Origin: Trichoplax adhaerens
Lineage: Eukaryota; Animalia; Placozoa
Length of the DNA stretch: 64,000 bases
Assembly (NCBI RefSeq): GCF_000150275.1
Contig: NW_002060945.1
Location: 5,133,397 to 5,197,396, forward strand
Reading direction: 5' to 3'
Both the position numbers and the translations under genes were made by a program. The notes below the pieces were generated by a model, which ran no database searches, was not told the origin of the DNA, and worked only from the letters and a program-made list of their open reading frames with translations. This document shows positions 1 to 16,000 of the stretch, piece by piece (the first letter of the stretch is position 1; each line of letters begins with the position of its first letter).

Positions 1-105
1 ATTTACTGAAAAATAAGATGTTCATTGTCCATGAAGTTATCTATGCTATCCCATCTAGGGTTTTGATTTTAATTATAATAACTATTCTTGCTTGTCTAAA
101 TAAAG

Positions 106-1352
<1,247 letters not shown>

Positions 1353-4024
1353 ATTAGGTTGCTTAATGGCTTTAGATTTACTTGTATTATTTTAATGCTG
1401 ACAAATTACGAACTTCAATTTTACTATTAATTGTGACGATACACTTGTAGCATATTTTAGCAGATAATAATCAGTTATTATCTACACTGATGAAATTGTT
1501 AACGTATGTTCTTTCACTATTACTGGCCCATCAAATTTGCCTTTGATCTTCTCATCCAATTTACCTATGTATATCAGTGCCTATTTACCACTACTAGTTC
1601 ATTTAATATTATTGTTTCCTTTACGCTATTATAGAATGAATTTAAGTTTTTCATGTCTTTAATAATCCTATGGAGAAATTAACTTGCCACAGAAGAAAAC
1701 TATTTCTAAATTATGCCTCTGGTACATGAAAGCTCATTTTACGAAACCTAATATAAGATTGATTTATTCTATTTATGCTTACCTGGCCTACTAAGTAATC
1801 TACAATTTTAAGTAGACGAAAATAATACGATGACTAGTTGTAACTAATTATCGCAAATTTTAGCCTATTCTTTGCAGGCCGCTGGTCATTTTTACCGCCA
1901 ATATTGTATACTACAATTTATGAGTGCACAGGAAATATCTGATATCATTTGTCAGTTATTAATAAGCTGTAATTTTTTAAATTCGTTTGTATGTGGGTGC
2001 TCAAAGGATTTATGAAGGACTAAGTAAAAATGGTCAACTCTTACTATGATTTGAAAAATAGCTTAGGCATAATTTGCTTTCTGATACGATTGCTTGATGT
2101 TTGGTATTTTTTTTATCAACTTTACCTTATACTCTTACTTAGAACCCCGAGATAATGGTGCACTTATATATTCATATCTTAATCACACAGTACTTTATAT
2201 CTTCATCAAAGGTTCTAAATTTAATGAATTAGCTGCAGTGAAAACGATCTTACAGTACAAATCAAGTTTTAGGTAGTTTAAAATACCCATGGCCAGTTGT
2301 TACATAGCGTTATCCTGATAAGTTTGTCGTAAACTGATAAAACAGCCAACGTTTACTGACACTTATTATTGATTATAATCTTATTTTAATTTTTCCTTAT
2401 AATCAAGAGTAATTTAATACGCTGTAATATCAGTATTTTTCACGGAACTCGTAGAATAGTTAAGCTCCCATTACAATTATATAAACTACATCAAATTTTT
2501 CTTATGCTTAGGCTGATAACGTACCAAATTGAACAAAAATTTGTTGCTAGCTGAGTATCATGCTGTTACGCTACATTCCTGGATACTCAAAATAAATACT
2601 GTGTATCCTCAATACCATTTTTAAACCAGTTATAGATAACATAAGAGGAAAAGTCATATGTTTGTCCCCTAATGCAGTACACTGCTATATACAGTACTGT
2701 AAATCTTTACTCTCCACACTAATTTATTTATTCTATGGACTTGATTCAGCATTCGTACTTATTTAGGAAGCGTATATATCTTAAGATAATCTAGCAGTAA
2801 ATTTTTCTTCTAATGTACAGTATTGCTTTTTGCAGATTATGTTTCCGTTTATTTGAATAGAAATTTTGCTAGTAAATAGTAATAGAGCAAGATTACATTC
2901 TAGTTAAATTACGTTATAGTAATATAACAGATTTTTTTTAATGTTTCGTATTGAGGAATTGAGCTCTTCTATTGATGATCGCCTTCGCTAATCAAAATTA
3001 CTTCCAAGATACCTTAACTCTATAAAAGATCTGATTACACAAAATAGTTCTGATTTTATAATTTATTTTTCTACAATAAAGATAATCTGATATTAATAAA
3101 ACTTCACATAAGTGTATATGCAGCCTAATAACATCCGCTACAGATCTTGCATTATTACAAGTCACATAATATTTTAAATCAATAACACATGTTACATGGT
3201 TTTTGCACTAGGATATACGATATTTATACTCGTATCCGGATGTTTAAAGGCATACGAGTGCAGTAAATATTAATCAACACGACTACTTATCAAGACAAAG
3301 CTGAAAGGATCCATTTACAGAATTGAAAGCGATATTAATTTTCCAAAATTCAATGATGTAAAAACTTTTACAATAGCATTAGACTATCATCGTGCAAATT
3401 TCGAAGCTGAAACAACGTTTGAGTGTAATACAGTAATATATATGTATTATAGAAAGGCTACAAAGTGAATGTATATAGGATTATATGTTTGCATAGATAG
3501 ATTAGTTAACATATTGGCCATAGAATAGATCTATACAATTGAACATTTATAAGTTACAAAATACTGGCTTTTAGCATATTAACTGTCAGATTTAATTTGT
3601 TGGATTAATTGTCAATAAGATGAAGTTCATTATTAATTACGTATGCTGCTACTTTTATATTTACATATACAGTAGGGTGTCTGCTGTATAGAGAGAGAAT
3701 ATGAAATTCAAGTGACTATCGGAAAGTACATTAAAATTTCTAGTAAGCATCATTACATCTAATATAATTATAATTGATCATATCAATACCATAGCAGGAT
3801 AGTTTTCCTTTTAAATATTCAACTAGGAATATATACTTATATAATATAAATCATATTCGTATAAAGTTTAAAGATTAAATTTGTTCGATAACTCGAGCCG
3901 ATTATAAATAACATAAAAGCGGAAAGGTTTACGGTATCAATGAATTTAAATCTCTTTAGGATATAAATTGATCATTTAATCAACAACGGTACTTAAACTA
4001 ACTTCAGATTTGATCAAACCCAAT

Positions 4025-7000
4025 TTAAATATTCGACTCAAGTGGCAGTTCATCACTAGAGGCATATGGGCTATTAATTTCCATAACCCTTTTCAATAGA
4101 GCCATCTACAGAGTAATGTAAATGAATTAAAGTTTATATCTTATGTAGATTACTGTACACTCGGTTAATATCGCACATGGCCATAATAAATTTGATTTTA
4201 AATTTGTTATTAATAATACTCATTTATAACGCACTAGATCCTGTTCTGAATTATTCGTGTTAGATTTTTCGGTATCTAAATAGAGATATACGTATATGGC
4301 GTTATTTTAGAGGTAGAACATACTGCAGTCATTAAAAACTGGTTAATATAAAATGAGTGTTGCAACAATTGACAATAATTTCAGTATATATAGAATTACT
4401 AAGTGATAACTAAATGACGCATTACCGCTAACATTTTTGATTGGAATTGGCTCACGTTGGATATCGTGAGGAGTAATATCTCTCAGATTGGCTTTAGCTT
4501 GATTAATATTATTTTGCCATGGATAATTACCAGTATTCAATATAGTTTGTAATGGAGATTTCCAATCTGCTAGACTTGCTTCGGGTGCATTCTAAATTAA
4601 TATTCCGGGAGTAAAAGCATATTATTTAGCAAAAAGCAAAAGTTACTTCATTTACTGGTAATACTTCTAAGCCAAAAAATTGAAAGGTGCAACTTTATCA
4701 TGATTTTGAAATTAAGCTATGAAAATATAATTTAAGATCTTAAGCAACTTAAGCTAACTTCCAATTTCCAGCGAACAAGTTCCATTACATATGGAGCAAT
4801 GGAATAATTCCATAAATCAGTAAACCATATTTCTGACTTTTGATAGTCAGAAGGACAAGACATGAATAACTTTGGACCTAATCGTTGTAACATGAGTTAG
4901 TATTCAGTAATACCGAACTTTCATGAGAGTTAGAAATGATTTCAGTCTTTATTAGTGTTACAGTGTTTAATACTGTATTACAGTAGAAATATCTATGTTA
5001 GGATAATTCTGTTAGACTATCCTTATTTAGTTAACTTCTAATTTGGATATACTGTATTTTAATATAGCACTGACTTTTTATGACAGTGACACTTATACAC
5101 ATACTGAAATTAATAGTTATAATAGGGAATGCAAATCATCTGCTTACAGTTCGAATCATTGTGATTGTAATTTACTTATGGTAGACTGTAAATTATCATG
5201 GAAATGTTCCGTGATAGGACATATCGTAATCTGACTAGACTGTATTAGTCATTATATGTCTATGTTCGTAAATACTGTTGTCTGCATTAAGGGAGCAGTA
5301 GCTATAATTAATATCTAATTCAGTAAATGATTCTAATGTTAATTGTATTAACTATGACTCATGAACTATTGAGGAATAGTATATAAATACAGTATATCGT
5401 GAAATAAAGAAGAATTGTCCAACTTAATGTTTAACGTAAAATACGAGGCGTTTAAGTCTTTGTGTAGTCTGCTAGTAGAGCAAAAGTGTTTGTGATAGTG
5501 CAGATATCGTTCCTTGATACGTGGTTCAAGGAATTGACTTATTGATCGTATATTACGTTATCTTGTTGCAAAGCTGTTTTATGGCAATTAGGTAAATACC
5601 AGAGTTATTGCATAATTTGCTTTACATATAGTACCTAGCATTAACTGGGAGGAACCAAATTTAAGTATAGATTCATTAATTATTGACCACATCTTTGGCA
5701 ATTTATCAAATACTTTACAGACAGATGGTATAGCGTCATTCCTACGATTATAAAATTATGCAATAGTAAGCTTAGTACATTGATAGCCTGGTAGAGCTTC
5801 AAAATATTACAAAACAATGAGATTTTAATTAATTTTAGTCATTACAGACAGATTTATAAACATTACTTAATTACCTCGGTTTTGGGTTAAATTCTGCTGA
5901 TCTAATAGCATAATATTTTTCTAATAGCGTTGAAATTGGTGGCTTATCGTTTGATAGTAATATCCATCTGATTGAAATTTACCGAAAATAAAACAGAATT
6001 TATGTATTTTTTTATTTTATGTGTAGAAAAATGCCAGAGCGATTGTGTTTACTTTTGGAAGGATCGATAAGATTTAATGTAATCATATTATAGAGCTAAC
6101 CGGAAGTTTTGGTGAATTTTCAGATAGGAACTTTTGTTATGATTAATTGTGCCAATAATAAAGGGACTATACATACGTTGAACGTGACAAAGAAATTATA
6201 TACTGTTTAGTGAAAATATTACAATAGTTTTAAACTAACCATTTTGAGCATACCTTGTTACCATGTATTTACAATCTACGTATATAAATATTGGATATCT
6301 ATATGTTGCGAGTATTTATATATATACATATATTAAGCGATCATCTTACCACTGAGGTTGGGAAAAGATTCCACTACTAATGACGCTGTCCAATGAATTA
6401 AGATGATGAAGTTCGTCTAAAATGATTACCACCCGGGATCTATTATTAATAGCAACGAGTCAAATCAATTTATAATAACTAGCTCTATTTAATTAATGTA
6501 CAATTAAATTTTTTAAAGCATTCATAATATAATACGTAGACTAGTACCCGCTGCTCTGTTGCTGCTTCAAGTAACTGATTAAGTCCTACAATCAATTTCA
6601 TAAAATCAGGTATCGCAATTTTCAAGAGTTGTATATAAAAATCATAGAACTTTAATCAGTGTCAAAAATAAAAATGATCTCTCTGATATCGACCATTGTT
6701 CATAAAATGAATCTATCCAGATCTCTACTTCAAGGAGAAATAACTATAGGATACCATAAGTTTGATGAAAACAAATAGCGAATTTTTTAAGGTGTTACCT
6801 CACAGAAGAAAAGTTAGAGATGTTTAGTGACATAGCCATATTTAGGTTACGAAAAAGTACATACTTTTTAGTTGCCTTGTGGCATAATATGTGATCGTTA
6901 TTAGCTTACAGTAAATTACAATTATGACTTGAATGACTTTATAAATGAGAAAAAATAATAACTGTAATCTAACTGTCCTCTATTAGTCATCGGATACCTA

Positions 7001-10000
7001 TGTCTTTAAATATTACCGTACTGATTGGGCGTTAAATAGATATAAATTCATTACCTGAATTTTGGGAAATACTGATACTAATCAAAACTGGCTACTATAG
7101 AAAGATACATAAGCCCGGCATCCTGTATAATAGGCTAGCTCTTAATTTTAGTGCTCAACATCGAGTTAAAGGTATACAAATCACTAAGGATCTGTAGAAT
7201 TAGAGAGGAGTACAGTACTACCTAGGGTTTCCTAGACAAGTTTTAACGCTCACACGTGGTTTAGGGAGAAGATTTGTAGATTTAGCTTTTCATTATCTTT
7301 GCATAGAACTGGTTTGTGACAGTAAAATGAAAACAAATATACGAATATTTCTATGAATATCATTATCACCCATTCGTATGGAGTAAAGAAAGAGTCAGTA
7401 TACAAAGTACACAAAATAGAAATTATGATATTATAGACAACAGACGTTTACCAAATTGATACCATATTACCTCAGCGTTATTGGTAACTTTGAAGATACC
7501 TATTCCTTTTTCAACTGATTTGTCACATCTTTAGTATATAACAAGATAATATCGGTTTTAGTCATATTAATATAAGTATTATCAAGTATATTTTACAATG
7601 AAAAGATGATAAAATAAGAGCAAAGATGAATATATTAAGATAAATTGTTTTAAGAAGTATCACTCTGTTGAAGACAATTGACTAGAAAGTGTAACAATCG
7701 AATCCGAACAATTCAATTAATTTAAACATTTACAATGTAAAGATTAAAAATTTTGAATATTGAATTTATCCGAACTAGAGTGATACTCAAATCAGTAAAA
7801 GATAACGTAAGAATGCAACAATTTTAATCAGGGGCCGGATAGAATTATTGTATTACACCTAAGCATATCCTCTAGACTGTAGCAAAATAACATTTATTTT
7901 TTTATAATCGTATAAATAGCTAATGTAACCACTTATTGAAAGCGTATTCTTAATGATCTTAAAGGTGATACTGTATGTACAAAGAAACAAAATAAAATGA
8001 TAAGACAGTAAGTGTTCATTTTACTGCCTTCGTACCTTTGGACTAAATATTCTGCTAGCTTAAAAGCAAGAAACGTTTTTATACTCCCAGAAGCGCCATC
8101 AATTATGACAAAGCGATTATCTAATAGCAATGCTAAATATCGCTAAAGACAAAATAAGTAAATTAAATCAGATCATTCATATTTCATGTTATCCTAAATG
8201 TGCATTTGTGATTTTTTGTTCGTGTCTGTAACTATTTTATCGCTTAGGGCAAATGTGGAAATAAAATTTATTGCATTAGTAAAGATAAATAAGTAAATTG
8301 CCTTTACTTAAACTATATACGTCTAGTTAATGATATTATCATAAGTCGATACCGAATTTTCTTTAACACATTTATTATGGCTAAGATAGAGCAATTTCGT
8401 TAAGGAATTCTATTAGTTAAAAGACCTACAGCAGCTGAAATTAACCTAACATAACGATCAATATTTTCTCTATTGTACCTGAATATAAAATTTTGGTATT
8501 AGTGTTTGATATACTATAGAGTCTGTAAAACCAAGTTGAACACTTTTTAGATAGATTAAAATCAGCATCGGCATATCGCGGTCTTTCTTTTTCGAACAAT
8601 GGAAAGGTTTTATTGATTTATTCTCTTCATCTCCTATTAAATTAATCAGTTTTTCTGTATTATTATAATAGGATTAAGAAGTCACTTTACTTATTAATCA
8701 CTCACTAACAGTATACACTATTCTATTGTAATTTTGTATTTCAGATAAGCTACAATAGGGCTACAATAGAGCGCGATTGCAGAACAGCAATAGCTACATA
8801 CTATTTGTTAAGTTGATCATGAACATAGGAAGTAATGGCATTAATTTTTACTTGTTCATTTACAAGAACTTACATATCTTACCTATGTAACGCTTTACAG
8901 TATTTATTTCGTAGCATTCGATGCTAGATGCTGAAAGACCGAGCTCTCCCTCGGGATCAATTAGGCTGCAATGTCTCTATGAATTCAATATCAACCAAGA
9001 TGCGTATCGTAAATATGTTTATCAAAAGATCTTTCTATGATCATTCCGAACATGATTCATAAATTCATCGCTTAAAATAAGTAGTGCTCTCATATATCGT
9101 AGAAGAGCGACATGAAATATATTTTCAAATTCTGATTTACATATGAGTGTCTTATTTTTGATCTATGTTACTCTGACACATTTCGATCAATTTCTCATAA
9201 TTTTATGAAATGTAATCTAGTAAGAGATAGATATTGTATTAATACTATTCAGAACTTGCAAGTTGTACTGATATTTTAACTTGATCCTCTCTTATAATTA
9301 AGTATTTATAAATACGTATATTGATCTAGATCTCGAACGGATAATTTCTACCTGGGAAGTTAGGGATATTACTACACCTATAGTAAATAAGACATCGTAT
9401 TGCTAGGACAGACTACGTCTTAAAGTTCAATTTTTCGTGGTAATTATGTTACATGTTAGGAATGAGCAAAAAATTACAGTGTATCGGAATTGAAATATCC
9501 CTGTAACTTTCTAAATGAAGTATTTACTCGTATACCAACTTCGGTACACAAAGTCATAATTATTAATCTAAATAGCACTTAATTAAATATTTTCTTCGGT
9601 ATTTCAGTATTGTAAACGAATTTTCATAAAGTAAAGATATACTTTTAGAAATAAAGCAATGCATACTTTGAATAAAATAGTCAATTTCTCATCGACATTC
9701 CTCCATAGAGTATTGGATGTTATTTGCAGGTATCCAATGGTGATATCATTCCTATTTTTATGTGGCAGCTGCAATATTTTAAAATTACTTAAAAATCCCA
9801 TATTGCATTATAAAGATTCATAATATCACACAGGAATTGGAAATATCATAACATCAAAATACCATGGATTAAAAATCGATTTCATAGCGCAAAACAGTTG
9901 CTAGTGAATTTTAACACTACCTTTATAAGTAGCCGTATCAATGCTGGTGAACTTCCAACATATATCTTGACCACTAATTGATTTAACTTTACATTGGCGT

Positions 10001-13000
10001 TTAATTTGTTATCTATATGATCAAGATATCAAGTATTAACATCTTACTTGTATCAGTTTAAGTTTCCATTACTTTGAATCTACTTTACATACTTTGTCCT
10101 ACGCCAATATCATCTCTGAACGAGATAGATTCATCTGAGCCTGCTTCAGGCGTCTTTAACGAGTAAAGATTAGCTTGAAAGTTAAGCTTTTCGTTTTCCA
10201 GACGTAGTTGTAGAATTTGAGTCTATGTTAATTAAATAAATTTAAACATCGGCTTGTCTAATTACTCTTATAAACTAAAAGTGCAATCGGTTATTTATCC
10301 ATACTATACTACATCATACAAAATTTCTTTCAATATATCACATACTAATTTATTTAATAATGCCTTACTTGCAAGTCCTTCACTATTTTAGTTAACTGAA
10401 GTGATTGATAATTTGAAGTAACAGCTTCTCTTTGTAAGCGATTGAGCCGTTCCTATAAATTATTATAATAAAGTTTCATTATTCTTGTAAAACGTTGTAA
10501 TACAAATACAATAACGCAAGAACATCATTGTTATACAAATTTAAATTTATTAAGAGTAAATTCGAGCTAGATCACTTACTCGTAGGAATTATTGAGTTAT
10601 TTCAGATACATACGCAAAAATGCACTACCAAAACTACAAAACCCTAGTTATTCTAGGGCAGTGATTGTTATGTCTGATGAATAAGACATCATCCTCAAAA
10701 ATTTGAAATCGAGATATTATACCTTATGACACTAAAGCAGCTACCGAAGATTTTTTTAGTATGATTTACTATAATTTTAAGTTACTGTCCTATCATTATT
10801 CAAAGAGCTTATGAGATAGACTATATAACGAAGCGATAACAAACAATCTACGAAGTAAAGCAAATACAGTAGGTTATTACTTTAGAAAGAAGAAATAGAC
10901 AAGTGTACATTACTCAATAACATATGATTAATCCTTAGTGATATTATTATTATTGCAACGAGAATATTGTTATGACCTTAATTCAAGTTACAGCGTATAC
11001 ATTAATGGACACTTACGTCTTTAGTTTTGATGACAGTTCGTAATTCATCGATTAATTCCAAGTCTGTTACTTTCGATGTTGAAGAATCACTACAAATGAT
11101 TTTAGGATTGATTTGATTTCTCTATATTTATCTTCTTAAGATGATTTATTTTAATTTCGGAGCTCTATAATAAATTACATTAATTATTTTACATAGACCT
11201 ACAGAATGTCTTCTTTATCCGTTGACCCCTGGTTCGTTATACTTTTAGTTATTATACTAGGTGGAGTATCCATTCTTGTAGATTTAGATCGCCCAACCGT
11301 AGCCGTTCTTGGCGAATTTGGATCCGTATCAGCTCTTACATCTATATCTGCATTAAATATATCATCTTTACGACCTGAAGATTTCTTTCTAGACGCAAAC
11401 GATGATCTAAAACCCTGTAAGATGAATTTTCAAGATCAAAACCAAGAAAATTATATCAGTTGCTTAAAAGTATAAAAGTTGGATCGGATTTGTTGCATAT
11501 ATTTGATCAAGATACACCTATTATGCTTTTAAGATATATTTTGTTCGTGCACACAACAGCCAAAAATACTGAGTACTTACGATCCAGGATTTCTTCTTTT
11601 TCTTATTCTTGGCAGATTCGTCATCAGTAGTCACATCTGTTAGCTGGCCAGCATCGATTGAACCAGTATCACTTCGATCAAGTTGAACTAATAATGAAAG
11701 GCATGATATTAAATTCTCACCCGTCAAACTTTAATGCTTTATTCAGTGCTTAAATATTCAAATTTACAGTATTAATCATCCTAGTGCTATATTCTCAAAT
11801 AGAAAGAGATATTGCAGCTATTGTGATTTAATCTAAGAATAGTCCATATGTTATCTCAAGTGCTGTATACTAATGATGTATACGCGTATATGCGTATCTA
11901 CAGATAACATCTAGGAATTGTTGCCGCGTAATACCACATCTCATGTATTACAATTACTAAAACATATTCTTGGTATAAATACTATACGGTTAGACAAGTT
12001 AAAAAAATTAGTTCTCTGTATCCTAAGATAAGCAAATATCTATTCTCTTAAGTCTTCATCTGGAAGGAATTCTATAAAAGTCACATTCAACTATTCTCTC
12101 TTAGTAAAATAGTCTAATATTACAATCTACGCTCGTGTGTTGTGTCATTAAATTATTAAGTGAGAACATTACAGTCATCCAATATACTTGTAGATCCTGA
12201 GTCTGTGTTACTGCCAGCACTACCGGTATTCCTTTTACCAAGTCGCGATAGCAAATTTTTACTGGAAATATTAATTTCATGCTGACTTTGATAAGCTCTT
12301 AAACCGGCTTGTAGCTCAATAATTTTAATATCCTAAAATGGAGTAACACAAACAGAGAAGTTAGAGGATTAAGAATGGATTTATCATTTACTATTAAGTA
12401 AGTAAATTAGTAGTTAAACTGCATTCCGTAGTTACACATAAGTTTTCCTCAAAATAGCATAATATCTATAAATGTTGAGGAAAGATATTAGAGGCTATTA
12501 AGATTCTACGCTAGAACTTTTAAATTAAAGTTTTGATATACATCTCCAAGTTTTAAGAGGTGAGTTTGTAATTTAACGTAACATTGATTTTCAATTGCAA
12601 GTCACCTTCTGTAAAAGTTCTTGACGTTGTCATGTCAAGAATTAGTAAGATAACTGCTTCGTGAGATATTGCTGAACAGTATACAGCACATGTATTGAGT
12701 TACGATTATTTTGATCCAGAAAATTAGAAATGTAGTATTCGAGTATACTGCTACGTTTACATTACAACGAAAATTATTCTTGCGAAGCGATTATAACTTT
12801 AAGAGAAGATTAATTGTTTCAAACTTCTTCCTACTCATCAACATTATTTCAAAATAAGTATCGATTCCATTGCAAATGAACCTTTTCGTATAATTTTTCT
12901 CGCAATTCTTTTATATCGTGACTTAGTTTCGTAATATTGTCTTGGAAGGCATGAAAAACATAAACCTAATAATTCAACAAGTTGATAGTTTAATATTATG

Positions 13001-16000
13001 TATTGTCACAATTTAAACTCTACGACAAGGAAACGTACAGTAAAAGTCTATGAGTAAGTACTGACTTAAACGCTCTTTTACTAAACGTTAAACACACATC
13101 AGCAAAGTAGCGTAAAGATAGAACTTTTATTCGCATAGACATATCAAGAACTTTTTACTACACTATCCAACTCAAATATTCCCGTTTATATAGGAACCGT
13201 CTAATTTATAAATAACAACAATATTATTATTACACCTTACTAGGAGAGACATTTTAAACTAAGATATTCCTAACATAGTTTTTCTATCTGTAAATATTTT
13301 TAATCACTTACTCATACTTAATCTAAGCATTTATGTTGTTTAGTTCAACTATCATCAGCTAGAATTTGAATCATCTTACTACTATCTACACATAATAGCA
13401 ATCAATATCAAGCATGTAGTAAACTATCACGGATAATATCCACGTTAAGGCATTACTTATCTCTCCTAACACTACTAGTATGGATATTTTCCATGTTAAC
13501 TACTACTGCACTATTAAACTATCCTAACGGTAAGGTAACACCGTAACATGTATTCAGCTAGTCACAGAATTTTTATTGATTCTGATAAATCAACGTTATT
13601 GGATGCTTCATTACAGTAATTACGAGTAATAAATTTATCTATGATGTTTTAGTAGTATGTGTATCTAAGGTTTCTAGACAAACTTACATTATTATTCAAT
13701 TTATGCTTCAATTCATAAATTGTTCTTTCTGAGTTTTTAAATTCCTCTAGGACTTCTTCTACCTGTTTTAAATCCGTCAATTGAAATACATATTACGCCA
13801 AAATTATTAATTAAAAATAAATTAACCTGAGTATTATTAACGGTAATGTATATTTATAGTAGTTAAAGAACACTTTTTATCCAGAGTAAACTTACGTTAA
13901 GAAATGATTTTACTCCTGGTGTTGTAGCTCCTTGCATAGATATTTATAATTATATTAAATAAATTGAATAAGATAGAAAGCTCATAGTTCTCATAAGTAA
14001 TTCAGTCACGTATGATAACGTGATGAAATAAAATAAAATTTAATTAAGTTCACATACTTTCTAAACTTTATCAGATCTACTCACCTTTTCGATTGTTAGG
14101 TTCTAGAGACCAATTAATACTTGTTTGTGAAACATGAGAAGCAGCTTTTTTATTACTTGTCACTACATATGGACTTAATATTGTCTTAACTGGAATACCC
14201 GATGATAGAATCGATTTGTAGTTGATTGTATAACCGTGATTTTTTTTTCTATTACAGCGATTGTAGAGAGCACTATCACTAAGACTTTTATGTAAATGCG
14301 TTTTAAACGAGTCATTAAGGTCAGATTTGGATTGAAATTTAGTAATTTGTAGCACTATTGGGCTATTAAGTGTACTATCACTAGCTGATCTTATTAGTCG
14401 ACTACGGACTAAGTTTAAATTTCTTAAAAATTTATTCATTTCTGCATGTTTTTTATTAAATTTTTTCCGTGGATGACTATTGTCTTTTATTAATTTTTGA
14501 GGCCTCTTGCTGATTCCAGATTCGTTTTCTTGCTGTATCACTTTTTTTTTACCATTGTCCCCTTTTAATTTAATCCGCGGACTAACTTGGCTATCATTAT
14601 TCGATGGGACTGCTACTGGTGATTTTTCCGGTTTAGATAACTTTTTGACTGGCAGCGAAGTCCGATCAATATAATTGCTTTTATCTTTTACTTGACGATC
14701 ACCTGCATGATTTTGAGGATTATTTTTGCTGCTATGTCGTAATAGATCGATATAATCGCTAGTATTTGCCGATCCTATCTGTTGTTTGGATTGATTAGCG
14801 GTTTCCCGTTTTTCTGTAATCAATTTTCTTGAATTTGCTCTTTTCTTAGTATCATCGTAATACGCAGGTCCGCTATCGGAAACATAGCCACCCGAATTAG
14901 GAGAAATGACATTATTTGAGGTCATTTTGTTAGTGCTGTGCGACTTATGCAATTTTTCAGATCCTATTTAAGTAAAATAGTTGCGAATAGATCGATTTAC
15001 TATTAAATTTATTATAGATATTTAGTGGTAAATAACACCACGTATTACTTTTATTTATTCTACGTATTAATATACCCATAACAAGATGGATTATACCTTG
15101 CTATTCATTTTAACAGTGATAATAATCCCAACTATAAGCTTTACAGTGTGTTAAATACTTAAAATACTTTGAATCACTTACGCTTCAAAAGTAGCCAAAC
15201 GATTGAATGTTATCAGATTTAAAATTACCTTGTTGATGAATATGTTCTTCGTACGAAGGTTTTTTAGCACCTGCTGTAGCATGATTGAGCATTTCATCGT
15301 CACGAGATACAGCAATATAATGACTAGGATGTTCTTTTAATTTTAGTGACGGTCTATGTTGCCTAAGGAAGTTATTTTCTTCTTGTTTAGTAGGCAAATG
15401 CTGAAGATAATCATTTTTATTACTAATATGATGATCAATGGCAAATTTTCGGCGACGCATGTGAGCTGCAATATCGGAATCTGAATTGTAGTCCATAGAT
15501 TGGTTGTTATCAGAATATCGAGGTGGTACAACAGGTTTAGATTTCATATCAGGAAGTTGTAGCCGAAGACGATTGAAATCACTTTCAGTATTTTGTTGTT
15601 CAAGTTGATAATGTCCTTCTATACTACCACTACTTTTTCTGCTCTGACCACTTGTAGTTCTTGATAGTTTCTCTGTTAATAAAAATAATTTAAATTTATT
15701 TTATGATAAGGTATAATGTAATAATACATCTATAGAATAAGAATATTTGTTTTTAGTAAGTTTTACATATCCTTTCTTTACTTGACATATAACTATAATA
15801 CTTCAGCATTATGGATGGCACTGTATTTAGCCATACAAACAATCGTTAAAGCCAATTTGTCGAAGTGATTATATTAAAGATCACAAAACATTTTATAATA
15901 TATTTGTATGGATAAAGAAGGATATACCACTTTTATATAGGAATTAAGAGCTAAGAACGAACTTACTGTAGTGATCTGATGAAAAGAAATTTGGGTTAAC

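Noticed and set aside
3211-3270. Imperfect inverted repeat (ACTCGTAT/ATACGAGT) between the convergent MEK and NAV 3' ends as a SECIS or miRNA
   Set aside because: The stem is short and AT-rich, lacks a SECIS core, and neither gene needs UGA recoding.
13520-13565. Helitron 3' end (ACGGT...ACCGT hairpin followed by CTAG)
   Set aside because: The CTAG lies outside the TSD-defined boundary and is absent from copy b. TG...CA ends with 5-bp TSDs fit LTRs, and Helitrons make no TSD.
14077-14952. 291-aa ORF as an independent novel gene
   Set aside because: It is bounded by phase-compatible splice sites (14963 and 14085) and is an internal NAV exon.
15181-15229. In-frame TGA in the 15185-15547 ORF before a strong GTAAGT donor (read-through or selenocysteine idea)
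   Set aside because: An earlier phase-1 donor (CAAG|gtaatt at 15228) joins the next exon in frame, so the TGA is intronic.
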